The translations under genes and the position numbers were made by a program. From positions 512,001 to 576,000 of the forward strand of contig JBKAGP010000001.1 of assembly GCA_046290465.1 (NCBI GenBank): a stretch of DNA of 64,000 bases, given 5' to 3'. Numbering within the stretch: position 1 is the first letter of the stretch; the number at the start of each line of letters is the position of its first letter. This document shows positions 23,516-33,651 of this stretch, one piece after another. The stretch is from Planctomycetota bacterium (GTDB taxonomy: Bacteria; Planctomycetota; UBA1135; UBA2386). Under the pieces are notes generated by a model. It saw only the letters and a program-made list of their open reading frames with translations. It searched no databases and had not been told where the DNA came from.

Positions 23516-25090
23516 ATGGCCGAGCTCCAAGGCATGCACTTCGTCGCCGGCCGCGTCGAGGCCGGCGGTGGCGAGACGTTCTTCGGCATGGATCCGGTGC
23601 AGGGCACCGACCTGCAGCCGGGCTACGCCGAGGCGACGAGCGAGCAGGTCGAGCGCGCCTGCGCTGCGGCCGCCGACGCGTCGGCGCCGTTCGCCGCGAG
23701 CGAGCCGAAGGTGCGAGCGGCGCTGCTGCGCGAGATCGGCGAGGGCCTGAAGGACCTCGGCGACGAACTGGTCCAGCGCGTGCAGGCGGAGACGGCGCTG
23801 CCGGCGGCGCGCGTCGAGGGCGAGCGCGCGCGCACGGTGCTGCAGCTCAACCAGTTCGCGGTGCTGATCGAGGAGGGCTCGTGGGTCGACGCACGCATCG
23901 ACCACGCCGACCCCGAACGGCAGCCGCAGCCGAAGCCGGACCTGCGCCGCATGTACGTGCCGCTCGGGCCGGTGGTCGTGTTCGGCGCGAGCAACTTCCC
24001 GCTGGCCTACTCGGTCGCCGGCGGCGACACCGCGTCGGCGCTCGCTGCCGGCTGCCCGGTGATCGTCAAGGGCCACCCGGCGCACCCCGGCACCAGCGAA
24101 CTGGTCGGCCGCGTCGTGCACGATGCCGTGCAGAAGCTCGGCCTGCCGGCAGGCACGTTCTCGCTGCTGCACGGCCGCAGCCACGAGACCGGCGGCGCGC
24201 TGGTGCGCCACGATGCGGTCAAGGCGGTCGGCTTCACCGGTTCGCACGCCGGCGGCCGCGCGCTGTTCGACCTGGCGGCCGCGCGGCGCGAGCCGATCCC
24301 GGTGTTCGCCGAGATGGGCTCAGCCAACCCGGTCGTGATCCTGCCGAACGCGCTGAAGAACCGCGGCACCAAGATCGCCGAGCAGCTGGCGGCGTCGGCG
24401 CTGCTGGCGCAGGGGCAGTTCTGCACCAGCCCTGGCCTGGTGATGTGGCTGCACGGCGAGGGTGACGAGGCGTTCTCGGTGGCGCTGCGCGAACGGCTGA
24501 CCAGCGCCAAGCCGGGGCCGACCGTGCACCCGAGCATCCGTTCGGCGTTCGAGCGGGCGATGGACGACGTGCGCGCGCTGCCGGTCGAGGTCGCAACCGC
24601 CACCGCGCCGGTCGACGGCGCCAGCGCGGTGTGTCCGGCGCTGCTGCGCGCGACGCCCGAGGCGTTCCAGCAGAACGAACGGCTGCGCTCCGAGATCTAC
24701 GGCCCGGCGGTGCTCGGGGTCGGCTGCCGCACCGACGAAGAGCTGCAGCAGGTCGTCGCCTCGCTCGATGGCCACCTGACGGCGACCGTGCACGGCGATG
24801 GCGACGACTTCGCGCAGCACGGCGCGGTGTTCGACGCGCTGCGTCGCAAGGTCGGCCGCCTGATCGCCAACGGTGTGCCGACCGGGGTCGAGGTGTCGCC
24901 GGCGATGGTGCACGGCGGTCCCTACCCGGCGGCGTCCGACGCGCGCTTCTCGGCCGTCGGCACCACGTCGATCCAGCGCTGGGTGCGCCCGGCCTGCTGG
25001 CAGGACTGGCCGCAGGAGCTGCTGCCGGCGGAGCTGCGCGACGACAACCCGCGCGGCATCGAACGTCTGGTAGACGGCGTCAAGCAGTAG
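23516..25090 (+). CDS. NADP-dependent aldehyde dehydrogenase (alpha-ketoglutaric semialdehyde dehydrogenase type)
   Basis: VFGASNFPLA, GGDTASALAAGCP, KGHPAHP, GFTGS, EMGS, GQFCT, EIYGP, GVPTGVEV. Confidence 0.92.
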   Translation: MAELQGMHFVAGRVEAGGGETFFGMDPVQGTDLQPGYAEATSEQVERACAAAADASAPFAASEPKVRAALLREIGEGLKDLGDELVQRVQAETALPAARVEGERARTVLQLNQFAVLIEEGSWVDARIDHADPERQPQPKPDLRRMYVPLGPVVVFGASNFPLAYSVAGGDTASALAAGCPVIVKGHPAHPGTSELVGRVVHDAVQKLGLPAGTFSLLHGRSHETGGALVRHDAVKAVGFTGSHAGGRALFDLAAARREPIPVFAEMGSANPVVILPNALKNRGTKIAEQLAASALLAQGQFCTSPGLVMWLHGEGDEAFSVALRERLTSAKPGPTVHPSIRSAFERAMDDVRALPVEVATATAPVDGASAVCPALLRATPEAFQQNERLRSEIYGPAVLGVGCRTDEELQQVVASLDGHLTATVHGDGDDFAQHGAVFDALRRKVGRLIANGVPTGVEVSPAMVHGGPYPAASDARFSAVGTTSIQRWVRPACWQDWPQELLPAELRDDNPRGIERLVDGVKQ

Positions 25091-25094
25091 GCGG

Positions 25095-25132
25095 CGCTCC
25101 TAGCCGCCGAACACGCTCCTAGCCGCCGAACA
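25095..25132. repeat. Perfect 19-bp direct repeat x2 (CGCTCCTAGCCGCCGAACA) duplicating the CAP gene 3' end
   Basis: Seen directly; includes the minus-strand TAG stop. Confidence 0.9.
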
Positions 25133-26216
25133 TCTGCGTCCACATCGTGTCGTGCTGGCCGAGGCCGGTGCGGCCGTGGCCGCCGAGCATGTTCTTGTGG
25201 TGGCCAGGGCTGTACCACCAGGCGCGGATCGCGCCCGCCCCGGTGCGCTGGCCGGCGGCGATGTTCTCGGCCGAAGCGCTGGTAGAGAAGTTGGCGGCGC
25301 GCTGGCCGAAGCGCTCCTTGCCCTTGACCGGCGAGGTATGCGAGAAGAAGCCGAGCTTCGCCATGTCCGTGCTGTGGTCGCGTGCGGCGTCCGACAGCTT
25401 CGGGTCGATGCGCACCAGGCCGAGACCGAGCAGGAAGCGGATGCGGTTGAGTTCGAGCGTGCCGAGGTACTCCTGGTGCGGCGTCTGCTTGCGGATCGAC
25501 TCGTTGAACAGCAGCGCCTTGCGGTCGCCGCTGCGCATCGGCAGGCCGGCGAAGGTCGCGAACGCGATCGCCTCGTCGATGCGCCGGTCGCTGCCGGGCC
25601 CCTTCGGGATCGGCAGCTTGGCGAAGTGCTTCTGCGCGTCCTCGTGCAGCTCCAGGCCTTCGGTCGCCGAGCCGTAAAGCGCGAACCACTCGCGCAGTTC
25701 GCCGTGCAGCAGCCTGAGGTCGGTCAGCTGCAGGTCGATCTTCTCGTCGGCGCGCAGGATGTCGGCGAACGACGGCTGCAGCAACTCGCCGAGCTGCTTC
25801 ATGCGCGGGTCGATCTGCTGGTGGATCGCGGCCTTGCTCAGGTTCTTGCCGCGGGTGACCGCGAGCGCTTCGGCGCGCAGCTGTTCGACCTGCTTGTGGC
25901 CGTTGCGCCCGAGCAGCTGCTTCTGCGCCTTCTTGGCCAGGGTCTCGAACGACCCGAACACCTTCTCCGCCTGCTTCTCGAACGCCTTTTCGTGCGCTCG
26001 GTAGTGCTTGCGCAAGGTGGCAGACGCGCGCAGGCGATGCACGGTGCCGCGCGTCTTCAGCTCGGTGACGATGGCGGTCGCCTTGTCGAGGTCGATGCCG
26101 CGCGCCTTCAGGCGGATCTGCAGCGTCGACGCGGGCTGCGGCGGCGGGTCGTCGCCCTGCGCCGCCGCGGTCGCGGCGAGCAGGAGCACGGCGGTGAGGA
26201 TGCGGGCGTGGACCAT
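25119..26216 (-). CDS. Secreted CAP (SCP) domain protein with N-terminal helical region
   Basis: Signal peptide; NRIR, LSDAARDHSTDM, FFSHTSP, AENIAAG, WWYSPGHHKNML, WTQMFG. Confidence 0.88.
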   Translation of the reverse strand: MVHARILTAVLLLAATAAAQGDDPPPQPASTLQIRLKARGIDLDKATAIVTELKTRGTVHRLRASATLRKHYRAHEKAFEKQAEKVFGSFETLAKKAQKQLLGRNGHKQVEQLRAEALAVTRGKNLSKAAIHQQIDPRMKQLGELLQPSFADILRADEKIDLQLTDLRLLHGELREWFALYGSATEGLELHEDAQKHFAKLPIPKGPGSDRRIDEAIAFATFAGLPMRSGDRKALLFNESIRKQTPHQEYLGTLELNRIRFLLGLGLVRIDPKLSDAARDHSTDMAKLGFFSHTSPVKGKERFGQRAANFSTSASAENIAAGQRTGAGAIRAWWYSPGHHKNMLGGHGRTGLGQHDTMWTQMFGG

Positions 26217-26293
26217 GCGGCGGGCGCGGCGAGGGGCTTGCCGCGGCGGCAGAAGTCTACCCCGGCGGGGCGCGCCGGGGAATCGGCGCCGAC

Positions 26294-27082
26294 TCAGCCT
26301 TCCCAGCGCTTGTTCTTGTTCTGCCAGCGCTGCCACTCGGGGAACTTGCTCAGCGACACGCCGGTCAGCTTCTGCAGCGTGGCGACCCACTTGCCCTCGC
26401 AGGCACGCAGGATCCGGCGGGCGTTCTGCGGGCCGAAGTCGATCGGCGCGCTCGGGTCGTTGTTGACCGGCTGGGTGGCCAGCGAGTGCTGGCTGCCCCA
26501 GGTGCGGATGATCATCTTGACGATCTCGCGCTTGTCCTTGATGTCGGCCTTCTTGAAGTTGCCGAGCGCCTCGCCGGCCGCCGCGCGCAGTTCGTCGTGC
26601 GGCGAACGCGACGTGACCTCGATCAGGTAGTCGATGTGCTTGTCGTGCTCGGTCCGGCCGAGCGCGCGCAGCATGTGGGCCTGCAGCGAGATGTTGTCCT
26701 TGAAGCGCTTGTTCTCGACGTACTTGGCGAGCTGCTCGGCGCCCTCTTCCTCGTACTTGGCGAGCGCGTCGGCGGCCTCGCGGTAGATCACGTCCTGGCG
26801 GCCCTCGCGGACCTTGCCGAGCTTGAACACGTCGCCGAGGCCCTTGGCGATCTTCTTCTTGTCCTTGGAGTTCTGCTGGTCGGGGGTCTTGGTCAGCGCC
26901 TGGATCAGGCTGATCGCCTGGAAGTCCTCCGTCATCTTGCGGTTCTTGATGAAGGACTTCAGCTCGCTGAGGCGCTCGGGGACCTTGGGGTCCTGCGGCG
27001 GCTCCTTCGGCTTCTGGGCCAGGGCGGTGCCGTGTCCCAGCACCAGCACGGCGAGCAACGATGCCACGGGGTAGGTAGCCAT
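26294..27082 (-). CDS. Secreted HEAT-repeat protein
   Basis: Signal peptide ending ALA-Q; REAADALA, LRALGRT, LRAAAGEALG, LQKLTG...WQRW. Confidence 0.75.
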   Translation of the reverse strand: MATYPVASLLAVLVLGHGTALAQKPKEPPQDPKVPERLSELKSFIKNRKMTEDFQAISLIQALTKTPDQQNSKDKKKIAKGLGDVFKLGKVREGRQDVIYREAADALAKYEEEGAEQLAKYVENKRFKDNISLQAHMLRALGRTEHDKHIDYLIEVTSRSPHDELRAAAGEALGNFKKADIKDKREIVKMIIRTWGSQHSLATQPVNNDPSAPIDFGPQNARRILRACEGKWVATLQKLTGVSLSKFPEWQRWQNKNKRWEG

Positions 27083-27217
27083 GTCGGTATTCTAGTCGTT
27101 TCGGAAGGTCTCGTTACGTCGACCTGGCCCCGAAGCCCACCACACCGGCATTTCACCGTTCTCCGCATTGCATTGGGGGCGGCGGATCCGCTACCACCTT
27201 TGCCTCACGACGGCTCC

Positions 27218-28183
27218 ATGACGCGCGTACTGATCACTGGTGGGGCGGGCTTCATCGGCTCGCATCTGGCGCAGCGCCTCCTCGCGGAGGGCGCCGACGT
27301 GCGCGTGCTGGACAACCTCGATCCGTTCTACGACCCGGCGATCAAGCGTCGCAACCTCGAGCTGCTGCGCGAGGCGGGCGGCGACCGGTTCGCGTTCGTC
27401 GAGGGCGACCTGCGCGACGCCGACGCCTGCCGGCAGGCGGTCGACGGCCGCGAGACGATCGTGCACCTGGCGGCGCTCGCCGGGGTGCGGCCGTCGCTGC
27501 AGGACCCGGTCCGCTACATGGACGTCAACGTCACCGGCACCCAGCTGCTGCTGCAGCAGATCCGCGACCCGGGCGTGCGGTTCGTGTTCGGCAGCAGTTC
27601 GTCGGTCTACGGCGGCAACGAGCAGGTGCCGTTCGGCGAGGACCAGAACGTCGACCATCCGGTCTCGCCGTACGCGGCCAGCAAGAAGGCCGGCGAAGTG
27701 CTGTGCTACACGTGGCACCACCTGCACGGTAACCCGGTGACGTGCCTGCGGTTCTTCACGGTCTACGGGCCGCGGCAGCGGCCGGAGATGGCGATCCACA
27801 AGTTCGCCCGCATGATCACCGACGGCGAGCCGATCCCGTTCTTCGGCGACGGCAACTCGCGGCGCGACTACACGTTCGTCACCGACATCGTCAGCGGCGT
27901 GCGCGCGGCGATGGACCGCGAGCAGGGCTACGCGATCTACAACCTCGGCGGGGCGGCGACCACCTCGCTGTCGGAGCTGGTGCAGCACCTCGAGCGCGCG
28001 CTCGACCGGCAGGCGGTGCTCGACCGCCAGCCGGACCAGCCGGGCGACGTGCCGATCACCTACGCCGACGTGTCGCGGGCCGAGCGCGAACTCGGCTACC
28101 GCTGCACGACGCCGCTCGCCGATGGGGTGCAGAAGTTCTGCCGCTGGTACGTCGACGAGAAGGCCGCGCAGAGGGTGCTCTAG
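27218..28183 (+). CDS. NAD-dependent epimerase (UDP-glucuronate 4-epimerase-like SDR)
   Basis: GGAGFIG, HLAALAGVRPS, SSSSVYG, PVSPYAASK, RFFTVYGPRQRPEMA, QPGDVPITYAD. Confidence 0.92.
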   Translation: MTRVLITGGAGFIGSHLAQRLLAEGADVRVLDNLDPFYDPAIKRRNLELLREAGGDRFAFVEGDLRDADACRQAVDGRETIVHLAALAGVRPSLQDPVRYMDVNVTGTQLLLQQIRDPGVRFVFGSSSSVYGGNEQVPFGEDQNVDHPVSPYAASKKAGEVLCYTWHHLHGNPVTCLRFFTVYGPRQRPEMAIHKFARMITDGEPIPFFGDGNSRRDYTFVTDIVSGVRAAMDREQGYAIYNLGGAATTSLSELVQHLERALDRQAVLDRQPDQPGDVPITYADVSRAERELGYRCTTPLADGVQKFCRWYVDEKAAQRVL

Positions 28184-28197
28184 CAGAGGATGCTGTC

Positions 28198-29154
28198 GTG
28201 ACGGATCGGGTTCTGGTGACGGGGGGTGCGGGCTTCATCGGCTCGCACATCTGCGAACGGCTGTGCGCCGAGGGCCGGCAGGTGGTGGTGATCGACAACC
28301 TGGTCACCGGCAGCCGCGCCAACCTCGACGGCATCGACGTCGAGTTCGTCGAGGGCTCGATCGCCAACGCCGCCGACGTCGAGCGCGCGATGCAGGGCGT
28401 CGACAAGGTCGTGCACCTGGCGGCGCTGCCGTCGGTGGCGCGCTCGTTGGAGCGTCCGCTCGACACGCACGAAGCGTGCGCGACCGGCACGGTGCAGGTC
28501 CTGCACGCCGCCAGGCAGAACGGCGCGCGCGTGGTCTACGCCGGCAGCAGCTCCGCCTACGGCAACCAGCAGGAGCGGCAGAAGCACGAGGAACTGCGCG
28601 AGGACCCGCTGTCGCCGTACTCGGCGGCCAAGCTCGCCGGCGAACTGTACTGCCGCACGTTCGCACGGGTGTTCGAGATGGACGTCGTGGTGACGCGCTT
28701 CTTCAACGTGTTCGGTCCGCGCCAGCCGGCCGATAGCCCGTATTCGGGCGTGATCGCCGCGTTCTGCCGCAACCTGATCCTCGGCAAGCCGGTGCGCATC
28801 GACGGCGACGGCGGCCAGGCGCGCGACTTCACCTATGTCGAGGATCTGGTCACCGGCGTGCTGCAGTGCCTCGACGGCGACAGCCGCGGCTGCGAGACGG
28901 TCAACCTCGCCTACGGCGACTCGACCACGGTGCTCGACGTCTACCAGCAGCTGTGCGCGTTCACGCGTGAGCAGCTGCCTGGTCAGGTGATACCGGATCC
29001 GCAGATGGCGCCGCCGCGCAACGGCGACGTGCGCCACTCGCTGGCCGATGTCCGCCGCGCAAAAGAGCGGTTCGGCTTCGCTCCCAAGGTCGGTTTCGCC
29101 GAAGGTCTACGCAGGACCTACGCGTGGTATCGCACGCAGATCGGATCGGAGTAA
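28198..29154 (+). CDS. NAD-dependent epimerase (UDP-GlcNAc 4-epimerase WbpP-like SDR)
   Basis: GGAGFIG, HLAALPSVARS, SSSAYG, PLSPYSAAK, RFFNVFGPRQ, SPYSGVI. Confidence 0.9.
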   Translation: MTDRVLVTGGAGFIGSHICERLCAEGRQVVVIDNLVTGSRANLDGIDVEFVEGSIANAADVERAMQGVDKVVHLAALPSVARSLERPLDTHEACATGTVQVLHAARQNGARVVYAGSSSAYGNQQERQKHEELREDPLSPYSAAKLAGELYCRTFARVFEMDVVVTRFFNVFGPRQPADSPYSGVIAAFCRNLILGKPVRIDGDGGQARDFTYVEDLVTGVLQCLDGDSRGCETVNLAYGDSTTVLDVYQQLCAFTREQLPGQVIPDPQMAPPRNGDVRHSLADVRRAKERFGFAPKVGFAEGLRRTYAWYRTQIGSE

Positions 29155-29159
29155 GAGTC

Positions 29160-29897
29160 ATGAAAGGTGTCGTTCTCGCCGGTGGCCTGGGTAGCCGTCT
29201 CTACCCGCTGACCAAGATCACCAACAAGCACCTGCTGCCGGTGTTCGACAAGCCGATGATCTACTACCCGATCCAGTGCCTGGTGAACGCCGGGATCACG
29301 GACATCCTGGTAGTGACGGGCGGCAACTACGCGGGCCACTTCCTGCAGCTGCTCCGCAACGGTTCGGACTTCGGCCTGCGTCGCCTCGGCTACGCCTACC
29401 AGGAAGGCGAAGGCGGCATCGCCGATGCGCTGAAGCTCGCCGAGGAGTTCGCCGACGGCGAGTCGATCTGCGTCGTGCTCGGCGACAACATCATCGAAGG
29501 CAACATCAAGAAGGCCGCGGACGAGTTCCGGGCCCAGGGTGGCGGCGCCAAGATCCTGCTGAAGGAGGTGCACGATCCCGAACGCTTCGGCGTCGCGACC
29601 GTCGACGACGACGGCAAGGTGCTCAAGATCGTCGAGAAGCCGAAGGAGCCGGAGACCAACCTCGCGGTGATCGGCATCTACATGTACGACGCCGAGGTGT
29701 TCGACATCTGTCGCACGCTGAAGCCGTCCGACCGCGGCGAGCTCGAGATCACCGACGTCAACAACGAGTACGTGCGCCGTGGCACGCTGACCAGCGAGAA
29801 GCTCAGCGGCTGGTGGACCGACGCCGGCACCTTCGAGTCGCTGTACCGCTCGTCGACGCTGGTGCGCGAGGCGGGCGCCAACCGCATGGACGTCTAG
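29160..29897 (+). CDS. rmlA: Glucose-1-phosphate thymidylyltransferase (short RmlA/SpsI type)
   Basis: LAGGLGSRLYPLT, KHLLPVFDKPMIYYP, PERFGV, EKP, RGELEITD, WTDAGT. Confidence 0.9.
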   Translation: MKGVVLAGGLGSRLYPLTKITNKHLLPVFDKPMIYYPIQCLVNAGITDILVVTGGNYAGHFLQLLRNGSDFGLRRLGYAYQEGEGGIADALKLAEEFADGESICVVLGDNIIEGNIKKAADEFRAQGGGAKILLKEVHDPERFGVATVDDDGKVLKIVEKPKEPETNLAVIGIYMYDAEVFDICRTLKPSDRGELEITDVNNEYVRRGTLTSEKLSGWWTDAGTFESLYRSSTLVREAGANRMDV

Positions 29898-29905
29898 GCG
29901 GCGCG

Positions 29906-30847
29906 ATGACGAGCGACTGCGACCTGCTGGTGACGGGCGCGAAGGGCCAGCTCGGCCGCGCGATCCTGCAATTCGCCGCCGAGCGCGGGCTGTCGGCCGT
30001 CGGCGTCGACATCGACGAGATGCCGCTCGACGACCGGGCCGCGATCCAGCGCGGCGTCGCCGCAGCCAGGCCCGGCTTCGTGCTGCACTGCGGCGCGATC
30101 ACCAACGTCGACGGCTGTGAGGCCGAGCCGCTGACCGCGTATCGGATCAACGGCCTGGCGACCGCCTGGGTCGCCGAAGCGGCGGCCGCGCACGGCGCCG
30201 GCATGGCCTACGTCAGCACCGACTTCGTGTTCGACGGCGCGCTGCACGGCACGCCCTACCCGACCGACGCGAAGATCGCGCCGCTGTCGGTCTACGGCGC
30301 CAGCAAGCGGCTCGGCGAGGAGGCGGTGCTCGCGCACGGCCGCGACGACTTCTACGTGGTCCGCACCAGCTGGGTGTTCGGGCCCGGCGGCAAGAACTTC
30401 CCGCGGGCGATCCTCAACCGGGCGCGCTCGGGCCAGCCGCTCAAGGTGGTCACCGACCAGGTCGGCCGACCGACGATGACCCACGACCTCGCCGACGCGC
30501 TGCTCGACCTCGCGAAGCTCCGGCCCGCGGGCGGCGTCTACCACGCCGCCAACGAGGGCCAGTGCAACTGGCACCAGTTCGCGGTCGACGTGCTGCGCAC
30601 GGCCGGCGTCGACGTCGAGGTGGGCGAGCAGACCGCAGCGGACCTCGGGCTGCCGGCCGAGCGTCCGTCGTGGTCCGTGCTGGACACCGACAAGCTGGCG
30701 ACGGTGCGCGGCAAGCGTCTGCCGCACTACCAGGACGCCCTCGAGCGGCACCTGCCGCTCGACGAACAGAGCCAGCAGGCGGCGGCCGCAGACCAATCGG
30801 CCGCAGACGGGCCGGCCGGCGGCGGCCTGCGCGGCAAGCAATCCTGA
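29906..30847 (+). CDS. rmlD: dTDP-4-dehydrorhamnose reductase
   Basis: GAKGQLG, TNVDGCE, STDFVFDG, YGASK, RTSWVFG, DQVGRPT. Confidence 0.92.
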   Translation: MTSDCDLLVTGAKGQLGRAILQFAAERGLSAVGVDIDEMPLDDRAAIQRGVAAARPGFVLHCGAITNVDGCEAEPLTAYRINGLATAWVAEAAAAHGAGMAYVSTDFVFDGALHGTPYPTDAKIAPLSVYGASKRLGEEAVLAHGRDDFYVVRTSWVFGPGGKNFPRAILNRARSGQPLKVVTDQVGRPTMTHDLADALLDLAKLRPAGGVYHAANEGQCNWHQFAVDVLRTAGVDVEVGEQTAADLGLPAERPSWSVLDTDKLATVRGKRLPHYQDALERHLPLDEQSQQAAAADQSAADGPAGGGLRGKQS

Positions 30848-30873
30848 TCCACTCCGACCATCGGACTCCTACC

Positions 30874-31884
30874 GTGAGCAAGATCCTCGTCACCGGCGGC
30901 GCCGGCTTCATCGGTTCGAACTTCGTGCGCATGATGCTCGCGGAGACCGACCACCAGATCGTCAACCTCGACCTGCTGACCTACGCCGGCAACCTCGAGA
31001 ACCTGACCGACTGCGAGAACCACGCCAACTACACGTTCGTGCGCGGCGACATCGCGGATCCCAAGGCGATGGCCGAGGTGTTCTCGCAGCACCAGCCGGA
31101 CATCGTCGTGCACTTCGCGGCCGAGAGCCACGTCGACCGCTCGGTGCTCGACGCGACCGCGTTCGTGCAGACCAACGTGATCGGCACCCAGGTGCTGCTC
31201 GACCAGAGCCGCCACCACGGGGTGAAGCGCTTCGTGCACGTCAGCACCGACGAGGTCTACGGTTCGCTCGGTGCCTGGGGCTACTTCACCGAGGAGACCC
31301 CGATCCAGTCGAACTCGCCGTACTCGTCGTCGAAGGCCGGCAGCGACCTGCTGGTGCGCGCCGCCGTGCACACGCACGACATGGACTGCGTGATCACGCG
31401 CTGCTCGAACAACTACGGGCCCTACCAGTTTCCCGAGAAGCTGATCCCGCTGATGATCGCCAACGCGCACGAGGACAAGCCGCTGCCGATCTACGGCGAC
31501 GGCAAGAACGTGCGCGACTGGATCCACGTCATCGACCACTGTCGCGGCATCCGGCGCGCGATGGAGGATGGCCACAAGGGCGAGGTCTACAACTTCGGTG
31601 GCGACGCCGAGCGCGAGAACCTGTTCGTCGTCAAGGAGATCCTGAACCTGGTCGGCAAGGGCGAGGACCTGATCACCTACGTCAAGGACCGCCCCGGCCA
31701 CGACCGCCGCTACGCGATGGACTCGTCCAAGGCCCGCGCCCAGCTCGGCTGGACCCCGACCTACACGTTCGAGGCCGGCCTCAAGCAGACCGTCGACTGG
31801 TACCTCGACAACAAGCCGTGGTGGGAGCGCGTGCGCAGCGGCGCCTACCAGGAGTACTACGAGAAGCAGTACAGCGGCCGCTAG
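30874..31884 (+). CDS. rmlB: dTDP-glucose 4,6-dehydratase
   Basis: GGAGFIGSNF, LTYAGN, HFAAESHVDRS, STDEVYG, SNNYGPYQFPEKLIP, DRPGHDRRY. Confidence 0.96.
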   Translation: MSKILVTGGAGFIGSNFVRMMLAETDHQIVNLDLLTYAGNLENLTDCENHANYTFVRGDIADPKAMAEVFSQHQPDIVVHFAAESHVDRSVLDATAFVQTNVIGTQVLLDQSRHHGVKRFVHVSTDEVYGSLGAWGYFTEETPIQSNSPYSSSKAGSDLLVRAAVHTHDMDCVITRCSNNYGPYQFPEKLIPLMIANAHEDKPLPIYGDGKNVRDWIHVIDHCRGIRRAMEDGHKGEVYNFGGDAERENLFVVKEILNLVGKGEDLITYVKDRPGHDRRYAMDSSKARAQLGWTPTYTFEAGLKQTVDWYLDNKPWWERVRSGAYQEYYEKQYSGR

Positions 31885-31909
31885 GCAGGAACGCAGAAGG
31901 CAGGAACGC

Positions 31910-32911
31910 TCACAGGTCCATCCGGCGGCCGATCTTGGCGGCCGTCGCCATTGCCTCCATCACCTCGAAGTCGACGATCGCCTGCTCGATCGAGCACGGG
32001 TAGTCGTCGGTGTCCTCGAGCCAGCGCGCGAACCGGCCGTGCAGTTCGGACTGGGCGCGGTGGGCGGCCAGCGCGTTCTCGAGGTCGCGGCGCGCCAGCA
32101 CCTGCTCGATGCCCGGGGTCTCGTAGTCGAACACGTGCCCCTGGAACGGCCGTTGGCCGCACAGCCAGATCCGGTCGCCGGCGATCCGCACGCCGCCGTC
32201 GGTGCCGTGGATCGCGAACGCGTTGGCGCGCGTCAGGCGGCTGCTGATGTAGGTGCACGGCACGTTGCCGCGCAGCACGACGGTCGCGACGCCGCCGTCG
32301 TCGAGGTCGGGCGCGAACGAACGGGTGGTCTGCGCGGTCACGCTGGCGGCGCGGCGGCCGGTCAGCCAGGCGGCGAGGTGCACGTGCTCGCAGGCGAGCG
32401 TGACGAACGGGTCGCCACGGTGGGTGACCTCCCCGGCGCGCAGCAGTTCGTCGTCGGCGACGATCGACTGCACCGCCGTGACGCCGCCGAGCCAGTCGCC
32501 GGCGATCATGCGGCGCAGCTGCTCGACGATCGGGTCGCCCTGGGCGCGCACGTGCACGCCCAGGCGCACCTCGTGCTGCTCGCAGACCTCGGCCATCGCC
32601 TCGGCCGTCTGCAGGTCGGCGGCGACCGGCGCGTGCACCAGCGCCGGCACGCCCTGCTCGGCGGCCCGGCGGACCTGGTCGAGGCGCTGGTCGAGCGGGC
32701 CGGTCAGCACGACGAAGTCGACGCCGTAGCCGAGCAGTCGGTCGAAGTCGGTGGTGGCGAAGCCGAGCTGGCTGCCGTGGGCGAGCTGCTCGGCGCGGCC
32801 GTCGCGGTCGTCGTGCACCGCGATGATGTCGCAGTCCTGCTGGAGGTTCGCATCCTGCACGGCGCGCAGACCGGCTGGGCCGGCACCCGACAATCCCACC
32901 CGAAGCGTCAT
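31910..32911 (-). CDS. Gfo/Idh/MocA family oxidoreductase-like protein (degenerate motifs)
   Basis: N-terminal Rossmann VGLSGAG, TTDFDRLL, VDFVV and IHGTDG; the EKP motif position reads HAP. Confidence 0.7.
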   Translation of the reverse strand: MTLRVGLSGAGPAGLRAVQDANLQQDCDIIAVHDDRDGRAEQLAHGSQLGFATTDFDRLLGYGVDFVVLTGPLDQRLDQVRRAAEQGVPALVHAPVAADLQTAEAMAEVCEQHEVRLGVHVRAQGDPIVEQLRRMIAGDWLGGVTAVQSIVADDELLRAGEVTHRGDPFVTLACEHVHLAAWLTGRRAASVTAQTTRSFAPDLDDGGVATVVLRGNVPCTYISSRLTRANAFAIHGTDGGVRIAGDRIWLCGQRPFQGHVFDYETPGIEQVLARRDLENALAAHRAQSELHGRFARWLEDTDDYPCSIEQAIVDFEVMEAMATAAKIGRRMDL

Positions 32912-33651
32912 CGTGGTCCAAGGCTACTGCGTGCGCGCAGCAGGTCCAGCTGCCCCCACAGCGCCGCCAGCGCGGTCTCGGTGCGCAGCGGGTGCGGGCC
33001 CATCGTGATCGGCTCGAAGCCGACCTCGGCGAGCTTGTCGACCTCGTACGGCAACAGGCCACCATCGGGTCCGAGCAGCAGCGCGAACGCGCCGCGCGGC
33101 GGCTCGAGCGACGAGGTCGCGGTCGCCGCCGTCGGGTGCGCGACGAAGCGCCGTTCGGGCAGCTGCAGGCCGGGCAGGTCGTCCTCGACCATCGGCTTGA
33201 AGCGGTCGAAGCGCAGGACCTCTGGCAGCACCGTGCGGCCGGCCTGCTCGAGGCCGAGCAGCAGCTGCTCGCGCTGCACCGCCGGGTCGAACGCGCGGCT
33301 CTGCATCCAGGTCTTGTCGACGCGCCAGCTGCGGAACAGCACCACGCGGGCGAAGCCGAGCGCGGCTGCGTGCGCCAGCATGCGCATCAGCACCTTCGGC
33401 CGCGGCGCCGCCAGCAGCAAGGCGTCGGCGACCGGGGCCGGTGGGCGCTCGAACGTGGCGCGCACCACCGCCAGCTGCTCGGTCAGCCGTTCGACCACCG
33501 CCTCGCCGAGGTTGCCGCCGACGACGCCGGCGCGCAGTCGCTGGCCGACCTCGGCGCGCAGCACCTCGCGCAGGTGGCGGGCGCGCCGGCCGCGCAGCTC
33601 GCAGCGACCGTCGTCGCCGACCTCGTGCGGCTCGAGCAGCAGGAAGTTCAC
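32908..33651 (-). CDS. rsmE: 16S rRNA (uracil(1498)-N3)-methyltransferase
   Basis: HLREVLR, PRPKVL, GLEQA, GPDGGL, MGPHPLRTETA. Confidence 0.88.
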   Translation of the reverse strand: MNFLLLEPHEVGDDGRCELRGRRARHLREVLRAEVGQRLRAGVVGGNLGEAVVERLTEQLAVVRATFERPPAPVADALLLAAPRPKVLMRMLAHAAALGFARVVLFRSWRVDKTWMQSRAFDPAVQREQLLLGLEQAGRTVLPEVLRFDRFKPMVEDDLPGLQLPERRFVAHPTAATATSSLEPPRGAFALLLGPDGGLLPYEVDKLAEVGFEPITMGPHPLRTETALAALWGQLDLLRARSSLGPR

